From the human T2T-CHM13v2.0 reference genome, Homo sapiens: a stretch of 64,000 nt of DNA. The notes below the pieces were generated by a model. It searched no databases. It had not been told where the DNA came from and was given only the letters and a program-made list of their open reading frames with translations. Shown here one piece after another: positions 17,180-36,225 of this stretch (the stretch's first letter is position 1; each line of letters starts with the position of its first letter). Both the position numbers and the translations under genes were made by a program. The DNA is taken from the NCBI RefSeq assembly GCF_009914755.1, contig NC_060947.1; one strand, written 5' to 3'.

Positions 17180-17520
17180 TTATGCATTTTTAACCTGTGT
17201 TCTTTGTCTTTTTGCTGTTGCATAGTAAGTAGCTTTTAGAAAAATAAATTCTGGACACTAGACCATTATTAAATATATAATTACAAATATTTTCTAATTC
17301 TCCAGGTGGTTTTCTGACTTTCTAGATAATACTATTTGATACGCAAATTTTTTGATTTTGATAAAGTCCAATTGATCTATTTTTTATTGCTTATACTTTT
17401 AATACCCTATCTAATAATACAATCTCAAATTCAAGGTCGTGAATATACCACTATGTTTTCTTTAAACACTTTTAATAGTTCTAGCTCTTTTATTTAGGTT
17501 ATTTTATACTTACAGTCATA
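17180..17520 (-). mobile_element. Old L1M ORF2 3' fragment
   Basis: TTCTGGACACTAGACC ... TTTTGATAAAGTCCAATTGATCTATTTTT motif typical of antisense L1MB/MC. Confidence 0.6.
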
Positions 17521-17741
17521 TACATTTATTTTCATAGAAAATAAAAACAAAATAATTTAAAAATACATGACCATAATTTTCAACTCGAGAAACTAGAAAT
17601 AAAAGAACCACCAGAATAAACCCATGGAAAATAGAAGGAACAGAACTACAAAGATAAAAGCAGAAATCAAAACAATAGATATTTTTTAAGTTGACAGATA
17701 CAGTTGTATGTATTTTTCGTGTACCATATGATGTTTAAAAA

Positions 17742-19590
17742 ATTTTATTTCATTTTTTATTGTCACATAATAATTGTACATATTTATGGGATACAGTGTA
17801 ATGCTTTTATATATATATACATATATATATAAAACAATAATCAGATCAGAGGTAATTAACATGCCTATCACCTAAAAAATTTTTATTTCTTTGTGTCAAG
17901 AACATTTAAAGTCCTCTCAGCTATTTTGAAATATAGAATACATTGTTGTTAACAATCATTACCCTACTGTGCAATAGAGCATCAGGACATATTTCTTCTA
18001 ACTTTAATTTTCTACCAGTTGACCAATCTCTCCACCCTCTACACTACCTTTTTGAGTATAATTATTCTTTTGAATGTTTGCTCAATTCTTTTTTTGATAC
18101 TACCTATTGTAGTTTTTCTTTCATCTATTGTATTTTTCAGCTCTAGGATTTCTGTCTGATTTATTTTTGTTATGTCAATCTCTCTGTTACATTTTTAAAA
18201 TAAATTTCTGAATTGATTTTCTGTGCTTCATTGGATTCCATTGAGCTGCCTTCAAACAGCTATTTTAAATTCTTTCTCTGCAAGATAACACATATCTATC
18301 ACTTTAAGGTCAGTCTATGTAACCTTATTTTGTTCATTTGATGAGATATTACACTAAATGTTTTTGATGCTTGTGAATGTGCAATAATATCTACACATTG
18401 AAAGATTAGGTATTTATTCCAGTCTTTAAAACATGGTATTGTTTGTTACCATTCTTCAGAGATACTTCCAAAGATTCTAAGCAGACTGACTGTTGAGTTC
18501 TCTGAGCTCTTGACCAACGCAGCCATGTTAGCACTAGAGGACTCGCTAAGCCTCAGTTTCCTTTGAGTCTCATGAGGCCTACAAGTATGGCCAGCTTCCA
18601 GCCTGGTAGGTTCTGGAGAAAGTACGAAAGAGAGTACCCAGGCTTTGAGGAAAGTTTGACCAGAGATTTTAGCCTAGAAGACTGTCCCAGTGGCCCAGAC
18701 AGGTTTGCCTCTCAGCAAGTCCCTGCACAGGTGTGTTAGGTCCCTGACTGTAGTGAGAGGGACTGGGGCTGAGACAGGACCTTCTGAGAATCTGCTGTTG
18801 AATGGAGGCTGGAGATCCTTTCTCATTAGCTCAGGTGGGTGTATATCTCCAACTGGTAATTGCAGAGGTTGGGTAGTTCCTTAACTGCAGCAGGTGGGAC
18901 TGGATCTGATACGTATCCCCCTTGAGATATGCTATGTGATGGTGGCTGGTGACTCTTTTTATTGGTTCAGATGACTGCATGTCTCCCAGGGGGTCCCTGC
19001 ACAAACAGGATAGTTCTCTGACTACAGCAGGGGTGGGTGTAGGGGAGGAGGTTTGCATCTGAGACTGACCCTTTTTGGGATCTGGCATGACATGAAGGTT
19101 GGCAAGTCTGTTGTAAAGGCTCAGACTCTTGAGCTGCAAGATATGGGTGAGTCTCTCTCTGGGTCCTTGTATGAGCAGTCTTGAACTGGGACCTTAGCTG
19201 AGGGGTCTAGAGTCAAGCCACAGAGCAACTTTCAGGTTTACTGCCAAGACCAATGTCAGTGGGCAGGGGGGCCTCTTTACCAGGACACTAGTATGTGTGA
19301 TTCTGCCTGGACCCTTGGTAGATGGATTTGATTGCAGGCTGAAGACCAAACCTGGCTGTAGCCAAGCCTTCTGGGGAATGAGGTTGTCTCTGGGCTCAAT
19401 TGCAGGAGCAAGATCAATGGGTCAAACTCCTGGGTGCTGGTCTTCATTCTCAAAATGACACTTTTAAGGTTTTGTGATCCATCTGGTGTTCACAACCTTC
19501 TACCTGAATCCCAGACTTTCATAGAGAGACTTTTGTCTGTGAATGGATGCAGAATTCATGTTGTGAGGGAATATGAGTGCTGACATCCTA
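17742..19590 (-). mobile_element. Internally deleted L1MA (3' terminal ~300 bp fused to ORF1 5' part and 5'UTR), nested in another L1MA 3' end
   Basis: 3'UTR (CACATAATAATTGTACATATTTATGGG) to ~18050, then ORF1-type sequence (TTTTTCAGCTCTAGGATTTCTG) and GC-richer 5'UTR-like DNA; host 17683-17735 resumes at ~19596. Confidence 0.6.
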
Positions 19591-19595
19591 CAAGA

Positions 19596-20730
19596 TAATT
19601 TTTTTGAGATACATATATATTATGGAATGATTAAATTTAGTTAATTAATAAACATTACCTCATATAGTTATCATTTTGTGGTGAAAATACTTAACATCTA
19701 CTCCCTCTGCATTAAAAATATATTAATAATACATCTTCATTAAGAATATTGTCATCATGCTGTATAATACACCTTTTGAACTTACTTCTCCCATCTAGCT
19801 GTAATTACATACCCTTGACCAACATCTCCCCATTGTTCCCTCCACCCTAACCATCCCAGACTATGGTGATCACCATTCTATTGTAGACTTCTATAAGGTC
19901 AACTTTTAAAGATTCCACATGTGTGAAATTATGTGGCTTCTGTCTTTCTGTTCTTTGCATATTTCACTTAACATAATGACCTCCTGGTTTATCCATGTTT
20001 TTGCAAATAACAAGATTTTATTCATTTTTAGGGCTGAATAAAATTCCATCCAGTATATGTACCACATTTTCTTTACATATTCATCAATTGATAGACACTT
20101 AGGTTGATTCCATTTCTTTGCTACTATGAATATTGCTGCAATCAATATGGGAACACAGATATCTCTTTGACATAGTGATTTTATTTCTGTTGGATACCTA
20201 CTCATTAATGGAATTGCTGGATCATAAGGTATTTCTAATTTATTTTTTTAGAAACGTTCATGCTGCTTTCCATAATGGCTGTATTAATTTACATTCCCAT
20301 CAATAGTATATAAGGGTTCTCTTTTCCTAACATCCTTGCCAACATTTGTTGTCTTTTGACTTTTTGATAATAACCATTCTAACAGTAGTGAGGTGGTATC
20401 CCACTGTGGTTTTAATTTATATTTCCCTAATGATTACTGATGTTGAGTATTCAAAAAATTTATCTGTTGGTTATTAGTATGTCTACTTTTGAGGAATGTG
20501 TATTCAAGCCTTTTGAACATTTTTCAATCAAGTCTTTTGCTTTCTTGTTATTGCTTTTTTTCATTCATTTTATATTTTAGACATTAACCCTTTAGGATAT
20601 GTGGTTTACAAATATTTTCTCCCATTTTGTAGGTTTTCTCTTCACTCTATTAATTGCTTTCTTTGCTGTGCAGAAGCTTTTCAGTTAGTTGTATTCCCAC
20701 TTGTCTATTTTTACTTTTGTTTACTGAGTT
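19596..20730 (-). mobile_element. L1MA (MA5-7-like) 3' region
   Basis: ORF 19906-20205 (KWNQPKCLSIDEYVKKMWYIY); 3'UTR motif CATTACCTCATATAGTTATCATTTTGTGGTGA. Confidence 0.75.
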
Positions 20731-21494
20731 AATTTTTGTTTATGGTTTGAGAAAGAGATCCACTTCATTCTCTTGCATATATATATTCTGTTGTCTGAGC
20801 ATCATTTTTTAAACGTATTCTTTTTTCTACATTGAATAATTTGAGCACCCTTGCCCAACTAGCCACAAATGTTTGGGTCTATGTATGGCTAAATCAATTA
20901 GCCATAAATTTGTGGGTTTATTTCTAGATTTCCAATTCTATTCCATTGACCTATATATGTATCATTAGGTCAGTACCACGCTGCTTTTGTTACCATAGCT
21001 TTTTGTTATATTTTGAAATTTGGAATGTTAGTCCTCCAACTTTGTTTTTTTCTTTAAGATTATTTTGGCTATTATATGTTCCTTACATTTCCATGTACAT
21101 TTTAGCATCATCTTTTCTGCAAAAAGGGACCTTGGGAATTTGATGAAGATGATACTGAATCTGTTGATTTGTCTGGGAGAGTGTGTCATCTGAACGATGT
21201 CAAATACTCCAATCCATTAACATGAACTGTCTATCCATTTATCTAGGTAATCTGTAATGTCTTTCAGCAACATATTGTAACTTTCAGTTTACAAGTCTCA
21301 CCCCATTGGTTAAATTTGTTTCTAAATAATTTATTATTTTTACTTTATTATTTATGATACTATTTTAAATGAAATTGTTTTCTTGATTTCTTTTTCAGAA
21401 TTTTTATTGCTTTTACATAGAAATACAACTGTTTCACAGGTTGCTCTTGGATCCTGCAATTTTGCTGATTTTGTTTGCTTGCTTTAATTTTTTT

Positions 21495-27168
<5,674 letters not shown>

Positions 27169-27472
27169 TTGCTTTAATTTTTTTGTGTGGATTCTTAACA
27201 CTTTTTATATATAAGAGTATGTCATGAGAAAACAGAAATGGCTTTAGTTCTTTCCTTCCCATTTGAATGTGTTTTATTTCTTTTTGTTGACTAATTTCTC
27301 TGGTTAAAACTTGTCATATAATGTTGAGTAGAAATAGTCAAAAGAATCATACTTGTCTATTCCTGATCTTAGGGGGAACCATTTCAGTTTTTCATCGAGT
27401 ATGAATCTGTAAATTTTTAAATCAAACTTTTTATGGTGTTGAAGAAGTTTCCTTCTGTATCACATTTGTTGA

Positions 27473-27623
27473 CTAAGATATAAAAATATCAGTCTTATGG
27501 GATTGGGGCCCACCCTACTCCAGTATGACTTCATTTTAACTTAATAAATTACATCTGCAATGACCCCTTTTTCCTAAGAAGTTACATTCTGGGGTACTGG
27601 CTGTTAGGACTTCAAAATATATT
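27473..27623 (-). mobile_element. MLT1 LTR fragment (inverted copy of 28393-28543)
   Basis: GGGCCCACCCTACTCCAGTATGACTTCATTTTAAC...TTACATCTGCAATGACCC; reverse complement aligns to the neighbouring MLT1 LTR. Confidence 0.85.
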
Positions 27624-28364
27624 GATATCAATAATATGTTGAATACTTCAACATTATTACAGAAAAGTTTTGTTTTTTCTGGATTTTTTTTTCTCAAATC
27701 AATTGAGACATTCATGTGTTTTCCCCTTTTGTCTTATTAATGTTGTGCATTACATTGATTTATTTTGGTATGCTGAGCTCCTCCTGCATGTCTAGAATAA
27801 ATTCCAATTTGTCACTCTGTATGATATTTTTAATGTGCTCCCAGTTTTTGGTTTCCTAGTATTTTCTTGAGCATTTTTTTATCTGTATTCTTAAGGTATA
27901 ATAGTTGGTAGCTTTCTATTGTTGTGACATCTTTGGCTTTTTCTGGCTTTCAAATCAGTGGTATGCCAGACTCATAAATGAGCTAGGAGGTGATCCTTTT
28001 TCTTTTGGTTTTGAAGGAATTTGAGAAAGAGTGATGTTAATTCTTTTTAAAATAATTGATATTATTCTCCAGTACAGCCATTTGTCTTGGGCCTTTCCTT
28101 TTTTGGGAAAGTGTTGATTACTGATTCTATCTCATTACTTGTTATAAGTCTGTCCAGTTTTAAATTTTCTTCTTTTGTCAGTTTGGTAGTGTGTATTTTC
28201 CTAGTACTTTGTCAATTTCATGTATATAAGTCATTTAATTTTTTGGCATAAGACTTTTAATAGTATTCTTTTATAATAATTTTGATTTCTGTTTGGTCAC
28301 TAGTAAAATCCTCAGTTGCATTTCTGATTTTAATAATATGAGGCTTCTCCCTTTTTTTGGCCAG

Positions 28365-28827
28365 TGCTAATGGGCGAATTATGTCTCCTCAAAATATATG
28401 TTGAAGTGCTAACTGCCAGTACCTCAGATTGTAATCTCACAGGGAAAAACGGTCATTGCAGATGTAATTTATTAACTTAAAATGAAGTCGTACTGAAGTA
28501 GGGTGGGCCAATCCCATATGACTGATTTTTTTTTATATCTTAGCCAGCCATGTGAAGACACTTAGAAACAAGGAGGACTCCACGTGAAAACAGAAGCAGA
28601 TAGTAGAGTAATGCATATGTAAGGCAAGGATGCTAAGAATTGCTTACACTCACAGAAGCCAGAAGGGAGGCATGGAATAGATTCCCACGGAATCCATAAA
28701 AGGAACGAATTCTGCTAATACCTTGATTTTGGACCTCTAGCCTCCAGCACTGCACAAATACATTTCTGTTGTTTTAAGCTACACAGTTTGGAATACTTTC
28801 TTATGGCAGCCCTAGGAAATTAATACA
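28365..28827 (+). mobile_element. Solo LTR MLT1C/B-like (ERVL-MaLR)
   Basis: TG start, GGTCATTGCAGATGTAAT, ACCTTGATTTTGGACCTCTAGCCTCCAG, end TTATGGCAGCCCTAGGAAATTAATACA. Confidence 0.85.
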
Positions 28828-30317
28828 ATGTAGTCTAGCTTAGAGTTTGTCATTTTTGTTGTACTTCTCAAAGAATCAACTATTGGTTTTGTTGATTTTT
28901 AGTTGTTTTTTTTTCTATTTCCTGTTTCATTTATTTTTACTCTAATCTTTATTATATCTATTCCTCTTTTTTTTTTTAGTTCCTTATGGTGTAAAATCAG
29001 GCTACTGATCTGAGATAATGCTTTTAAAAAATGTTTGTGTTTACAGCTATAAATTTTCCTCTGAACACTGTTCTTGATGCATCCCATGAGTTTTGGTATG
29101 TCTTGTGTTCATTTCTATTTTTCTTAAAGTTTTTTAAAAGTTACTTTTTGTTTTTTTACTTTAAGTGTGTATTGTTTAACTTTCACATATTTTTAAATTT
29201 TCTAGTTTCTTCTGTTGTTGATTTCTAGTTTCATTACATTGTCATTAGAGAAGATTCTTTGTGTGATCTTAATCTTTAAATCCATTGAGAATTTTTTGTG
29301 GCCTCATATGTTCTATCCTGGAAAATGTTCTATGTATACTTGCAGAAATCATGTTTTCTGCTGTTTCTGGGTGGAGTATTTGATATATAGTAGATGTAGT
29401 TGGTGTGTAGTTTTTGAGTCCTCTATTTCTTTATTGAATTTAAAAAATACTCCTATTTAATGGTGAAAGTGGGATTCTGAAGTCTTTAACTATATTTGTA
29501 GAACTATTTATCCCTTAAGTTCTGTTAATGTGTGTTTCATGTATGTTGATGCTCTATTGTTAGGTGTGCATATATTTTTAATTGTTTTATCTTCTTAGTA
29601 GGTTAAATTTCATCAATATCTAATGTCTTTCCTTGTTTCTTCTATTAGTTTTGAGTTAAAGTTTATTGTATCTTATATTAACACAGCCACCTTAGCTCTC
29701 TTTTGGGTACTACTTGCATAGAATATATTTTCTATCTTTTTACATTCAATATATATTTGTGTCTTTGAATCTAAAGTTATTCTATTGTGTAAAGTTTAGA
29801 GTCAGGTCATTTTTATACATTTATTTTTAAAACCTCTGATTTTAATTGAAATGTTAAATGCACTTATGTTGAATGTAATTATAGACAAGAAATAACTGAA
29901 TTTTCTTGTTTTCTTATTTGTCTTCCATAAGTCTTACTTTTTTGTTGTTACTCAATCTCTTCATTACTGCCCTCTTTTGCATTTAAGTGATTATTTATAG
30001 TGTACTTTTAGAAATTCTTTCCTCACTTACTTTTCTGTGCATTTAAAAATGATCATCTTAGTGATTACTCTAAAAGTTGTAAATTGTATCTTAAACTTAT
30101 GCTTTGAATTAATACAACCTTATGTTTAATAGTATACAAAACTGTGGTTTCATATAGCCCTTCCCTCTCCATTTATGTTCAAGTCATACATTACATTTTT
30201 ATACATTTTTGCCCAATAACATACATTTTAATGATTATTTTATTTTTTTCTTTTAAATCATATAGCATAAAAAGGGAGTTACAAACATATATAGAATGGC
30301 ATTTGTATTTAGAGACC

Positions 30318-30996
30318 CACAAAGAGACTTAGACTCCAACATAATAATAGCAGGAGACTTTAACACCCCCTGTCAATATTAGACAGATAAATGAGATGAG
30401 ACAGAAAATTAACAAGAATATTCAGGACTTGAACTCAACTCTGGACAAAGTGGAACTAATATACATCTCCAGAACTTTCCATCCCAAATCAACAGAATAT
30501 ACATTCTTCTCAGCACCACATAGCACTTATTCTAAAATTGACCACATAATTGGAAGTAAAACACTCTTCAGCAATTGCAAAAGTACAGAAATATAACAAA
30601 CAGTCTCTCAGACCACAGTGCAAACAAATCAGAACTCAGGATTAAGAAACTAACTTAAAACCACACAACTCCATGGAAATTGAACAATCTGCTCCTGAAT
30701 GTCTCCTGGGTAAATAATGAAATGAAGGCAGAAATCAAGAAGTTCTTTGAAACCAATGAGAACAAAGAGACAATGTACCAGAATCTCTGGGACACAGCAG
30801 TGTTAAGAGGGAAATTTATACCACTAAGTGCCCACATCAGAAAGCATGAAAGATCTCAAATTGACACCCTAACATTACAATGAAAAGAACCAGAGAAGCA
30901 AGGGCAAACCAAATTAAAAGCTAGCAGAAGACAAGAAATAACTAAGATCAGAGCAAAACTGAAGGAGATACGGACACAAAATACCTTCAAAAAATC
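30318..30996 (+). mobile_element. Isolated internal ORF2 fragment of an L1PA7/8-like element
   Basis: ORFs 30396-30596 ([19 protein letters not shown]) and 30680-30883 ([10 protein letters not shown]); no poly(A), no obvious TSD. Confidence 0.8.
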
Positions 30997-33900
30997 TTCA
31001 GCATTCTTAAATAAATTAAAAAAACCCTGAAATGAAGAATTTCATACCTAGCCAAATTAAGCTTCATAAGCAAGAAATAAATAAGATCCTTTTCAGACAA
31101 GGAAATGCCAAGGTCTTCTTACCACCAGACCTCCCATACAATAGTTCCTTAAGGGAGTACTAAATGTGGAAATGAAAGACCATTATTGGCCACCACAAAA
31201 ACACACTTAGGTACATAGACCATTGATACTATGAAGTAACTACATGATCATGTATACTAGTTAACCACATGATGACAAGATCAAATTCATACATATCAAT
31301 ATTAATCTTGAATGTAAGTGGTCTGAATGCTCAAATTAAAAGGCACTGAGTGGCAAGTTGGATAAAGAAGAAAGACCCAACTATATGCTGTCATCAAGAA
31401 ACCCATTGCACAAGCAAAGACACCCTCAAGGTAAAGAGATGAGGAGATATCTACCAAGCAAATGGAAAACAAAAAAAAGAGGGGTTGCTGTTGTAATTTT
31501 AGACAGACTTCAAACCAACAAGGATCAAAAAAAAAAAAAAAAAAAGAGGGCATTACATAATGGCAAAGAGTTCAATTAAACAAGACTTAACTATCCTAAA
31601 CATATTTGTACACAACGTAGAAGCATTCAGATTAATTAAACAGGTTCTTAGAGACATATGAAGAGACCTAGATAGCCACACAATAACAGTGAGGGAGACT
31701 TCAACATCCCACTGACAGTATTAGACAGATCATCAAGACAGAAATCTAACAAATATATTTGGGAGCTAAACACACTTGACCAAATGGATTTTACAGAAAG
31801 CTACAAAACTCTTTCCCTCAAAAATAGAATATACATTTTTCTCATCTGCACATGGTACATATTCTAAAATTGACCACACGACCTGCTGCAAAACAATTCT
31901 CAGCAAATTAAAAAAAATCACAAAATTATACCAACCACACTCTTGGACCACAGTGTAATAAAAATTGAAATCAATACTAACTAGAGATCTCAAAACCACA
32001 CAATTATAGAGAAATTAAACAACCTGCTCCTTAATGACTTCTGGGTAAACAATAAAATTAAGGCAAAAATCAATAAATTATTTGAAATGAATGAGAACAA
32101 AAGTACAACATATTAGAGTCTGTGGGCCACAGCTAAAGCAGTGTTAAGAGGAATATTTATAGTGTAAAATGCCCACATCAAAAAGCTAGAGAAATCTCAA
32201 ATTAACAACCTAACGTCACACCTTTAGAAACTACAGAAACAAGCAAACCAACATCAAAGCTAGCAGAAGAAAAGAAATAGCCAAAATCAGAGTTGAACTG
32301 AATAAAACTGAGATGCAAAAAGCCATACAGAAGATCAACACAATGAAAAGGTGTTTTTTTAAGAATAAATAAGATTAATAGACCACTATCTAGACCAATA
32401 AGGAAAAAAGAGAGAAGATCCAAATAAACACAATCAGAAATGACAAAGGAGATATTGCCATTAACCCCACAGGAATACAGAAATCCTTCAGAGACTATTA
32501 AAAACACTTCTGTACACACAAACTAGAGGACCTACAAGAAATGGAGAAATTTCTGGAAACATAGAATGAACCAGGCAGAAATTGAAACCCTGAACACAGA
32601 TTACTAATGAATTATGAAATTGAGTCAGTAACAAAAACTCTACCAATGATAAAAAGCCCAGGACAAGAAAGATTCACAGCCAAATACTATCACATGTATA
32701 AGGAGGAGCTAATATCATTCCATCTGAAACTACTGCAAAAAATAGAGGAGATACTCCTCCATAATTCGTTCTATGAGGTCAGCATATTTCTGATATTTAA
32801 ACCAGGCAGAAACACAAGAAGAAAGGAAAACTTTATGCAAATTTCCTTGAGGAATTTAGATGAAAAATTCCTCAACAACATACTAGCGAACTGAATCTTG
32901 CAGCAGATCAAAAACTCATCCACCACAATCAAGTAGGCTTTATTTCTGGCAAGCAATATTGGTTCAACATAAGCATATTAAAAAATTCCTCAACAAAATA
33001 CTAGCAAACCAAATCTCGCAGCAGATCAAAAATCTCAACCACCACAATCAAGTAGGCTTTATTTCTGGAATGCAATATTGGTTCGACATAAGCATATCAA
33101 TAAATGTAATTCAGCACACAAACAGAAGTAAAAACAAAAACCATATGATTATCTCAATAGATGTATAAAAGGCTTTCAATAAAATCCAACATTCCTTCAT
33201 GTTAACAAACCTTAACAAATTAGTCACTGAAGGAACATATTTCAAAATAATAAGAGTCATCTATGACAAATCCACACTTACTATTATACTGAACATACAA
33301 AAGCTGAAATCATTCCCTTTGAGAACCAGAATAAGACAAAGATGCCCACTCTCACCACTTCTATTCAGCATAGTACTGAATGTCCTGCCTAGAACAATTT
33401 GGTAAGATAAAGAAATAAAAGGCATTTAAATAACAAGAGAGGAAGTAAAACTATCTCTGTAGTCAATATAATTTTAGACCTGGAAAACCCTATAGTCTCT
33501 GCCCAAAAACTCCTTGATCTGATAAACAACTTCAGCACAGTTTCAAAATACAAAATGGATGTAAAAAAATCAGTAGCATCCTTATGAACCAACTGTGTTC
33601 AAGCTGAGTGCCAAATCAAGAACATAATCACATTCACAATAGCTACAAAAATACATAGGATTATAGCTATCCAGAGATGTGAAGGTTTCTACCATAAGAA
33701 TTACAAAACACTGCTGAAAGAAATCGGAGACAACAGAAACAATGGCAAAACATTTCTTGCTCATGGATAGGAGGAATCAGTTTTGTTAAAATGGCATGCT
33801 GTCCAAAGCAATTTATGGGTTCAATGCTATTTCTATCAAAATACCAGTGACATTCTGCATAGAATTAGAAAAAAAATTCTAAAATACATGGGGAACCAAA

Positions 33901-35388
33901 AAAAAAAAAAAAAAGCCCAAATGGCCAAAGTAATCCTAGGCAAAAAGAACAAAGATAGTGGCATCACATTATTCCACTTCAAACTATGCTACAAGACTAT
34001 AGTAACCAGAAGCAATATGACACTGGTACAAAAATGGATGCATAGACCAATGGAACAGAATAGAGTTCCCAGAAATAAAGCTGCACATCTACAACTATCT
34101 GTTCATTAAGAAAATTGACAAAACCAGTGGGGAAGGCACCGTCCATTCAATAAATGGTGCTTTAATAACTAGCTAGGCATTTGCAGAAGATTGAAACTAA
34201 ACCCCTTCCCTTCCACTATATACAAAATCAAGTCGAGATGGATTAAAGACTTAAATGTAAAACCTAAAACCATAAAAACCCTTGAAAATTACCTAGGCAA
34301 AACAATTCTATACATAGGCCCTATCTAAAATATGGTGATAAAGATGCTAAAAGCAATTGCAACAACAACAAAAAATGATAAATGAGACCTAATTAAACTA
34401 AAGGGCTTCTGCCCAGCTATTAAATTATCAACAGATTAAGCAGACAGCCTACAGAATGGGAGAAAATATTTGCAACCTATGCATCCAACAAAGGTCTAGC
34501 GTCCAGAATTTGTAATGATTCAACAAGCAAAAAACAAATAACCCCATTAAAAAGTTGACAAATAGCATGAACAGACACTTCTCAAAAGAAGATAGTTAAG
34601 CAGCCAACAAATAAGAAAAAATGCTCAACATCACAAATTATCAGAGAAATGAAATTAACCCACGAGATACCATCTCACACTTGTCAGAATGGCTATTACT
34701 AAAAATTAAAAAAAAAACAGATAAAAAGTTGCAGAGAAAAAAGAATGCTTGTATACTGCTAGTGAGGATGTAAATTTGTTCAGCCACTGTGGAAAGCAGT
34801 TTGGAAATTTCTCAAATAACTTAAAACAAAACCACCATTTGGCTCAGAAATCCCATTATTGGTTATACACCCAAAGGAATAAAAATAATTTGATCATAAA
34901 GGCACACGCATGTGTATGTTCATTGCAGCACTGTTCACTATAGCAAAAACATGGAATCAATCTAAGTCTATCTTGTAGAATGGATAAAGAAAATGTGGTA
35001 CATATACACCATGGAATACTATGCAGCTATAAAAAGAATCAGATCACATCCTTTGCAGTAACATGGATGGAGTTGGAGGCCATTATTCCAAGTGAACTAA
35101 TGCAGGAATAGAACATCAAATACTGTGTGTTCTCACTTATAAGTGGGTGTGAAATATTGCATACACATGGGCACAGAGAAGGAAACAATAGATACCAGGG
35201 CCTATTTCAGGGTGGAGGGTGACAGGAGGGTGAAAAATAAAAAAATACCTATTGGGTACTATACTTATTACCTGGATGATGAAATTATCTTTACACCAAA
35301 CCCTCATGACTTGCAAATTACCAATGTAACAAACTTGGACATGTTTCTCTGAAATGAAAATAAAAGTTAAAAAAATTTAAAAATAAAA
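30997..35388 (+). mobile_element. 5'-truncated L1PA16-like element (ORF1 end, ORF2, 3'UTR)
   Basis: Degenerate ORF2 pieces (32607-32894, 33199-33405 [10 protein letters not shown]), 3'UTR TACCTATTGGGTACTATACTTATTACCTGG...CACCAAACCC, A-rich tail. Confidence 0.85.
32863..33099 (+). repeat. ~118-bp tandem duplication inside L1 ORF2
   Basis: AAAAATTCCTCAACAA...GCAATATTGGTTC.ACATAAGCATAT occurs at 32863 and 32981. Confidence 0.9.
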
Positions 35389-35394
35389 TGTGTT

Positions 35395-35562
35395 ATATAG
35401 TTAAAAATATATATGAGAGTATGTCCATAGGTTATATGCAAACACACCACACCGTTTTTTATAAAGGACTTAAGCATCTACTGATTTTGGTATCTAAGGG
35501 GACTGTATAGGTTGGGGGAGGGGGTCCAGAAACCAACCTCCACAGCCACCGAGTGAAGACTG
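35395..35562 (-). mobile_element. MER2-like DNA transposon fragment (TcMar-Tigger)
   Basis: TAGGTTATATGCAAA...AAGGACTTAAGCATC...GATTTTGGTATC...GGGGTCCAGAAACCAA...GACTG followed by TA. Confidence 0.75.
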
Positions 35563-36054
35563 TACATTTATCTGTGCTTCAAAATTATTTATTGCTTTCA
35601 GTTAAGGATTGCTCCCTCTCTCATTCTCTACCTTCTTTTAAAATGGTATAAGAGTACATCACCAAAAGCTTAGCTGGAATAAATATATTAGATACATTAT
35701 TTCCACATGTACGTATTGGATTTGTATGGAAAATGTTGCAAGAAATGGAAATATAAAATATAACATTTATTTATAAGATAAAATTATGCTTCCTTAGGAC
35801 TTCTATGTTTGCAGAAAAAGTGCAGTCTCCTGAAAATCTTTCTGGGATTTTTCTTTTTCTTTGGGATTTTTCACAAATCACTTCTGCCCCCACCACACAT
35901 ACAATTGGATTCTACTTCTTCAATTATGTGATTCAACTTGGTTTGGCCTAACAAAGCACGACTTTATTTAAGGCCCTAGAGTAACAAAAGATGAAAATAG
36001 AGTACCATAAAGCCAGAAAGTCTGTGTTAAGAAATAGCTTGCTCTACTGAAAGG

Positions 36055-36225
36055 AAGTATGACATCATGGTGAAAAATCACAATCTAGGACCTATCTGTC
36101 TGGATTTTATTCTCAATTTTAACATTTATAAGCTTTGTGACTTGGGACAGTTTAATCTCTTTGTGTCTCCTTTTGCATTTGTTCTATGAGAGTAACAGTA
36201 GTACTTAGTTCCTTCTTGCCTAGCT
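36055..36225 (+). mobile_element. MIR fragment
   Basis: Core-like AGCTTTGTGACTTGGGACAGTTTAATCTCTTTGTGTCTC. Confidence 0.6.

Noticed and set aside
32863-33099. Direct repeats as a CRISPR-like array (also 40411-40630)
   Set aside because: Two adjacent units without spacers, made of L1 sequence, in a eukaryotic context
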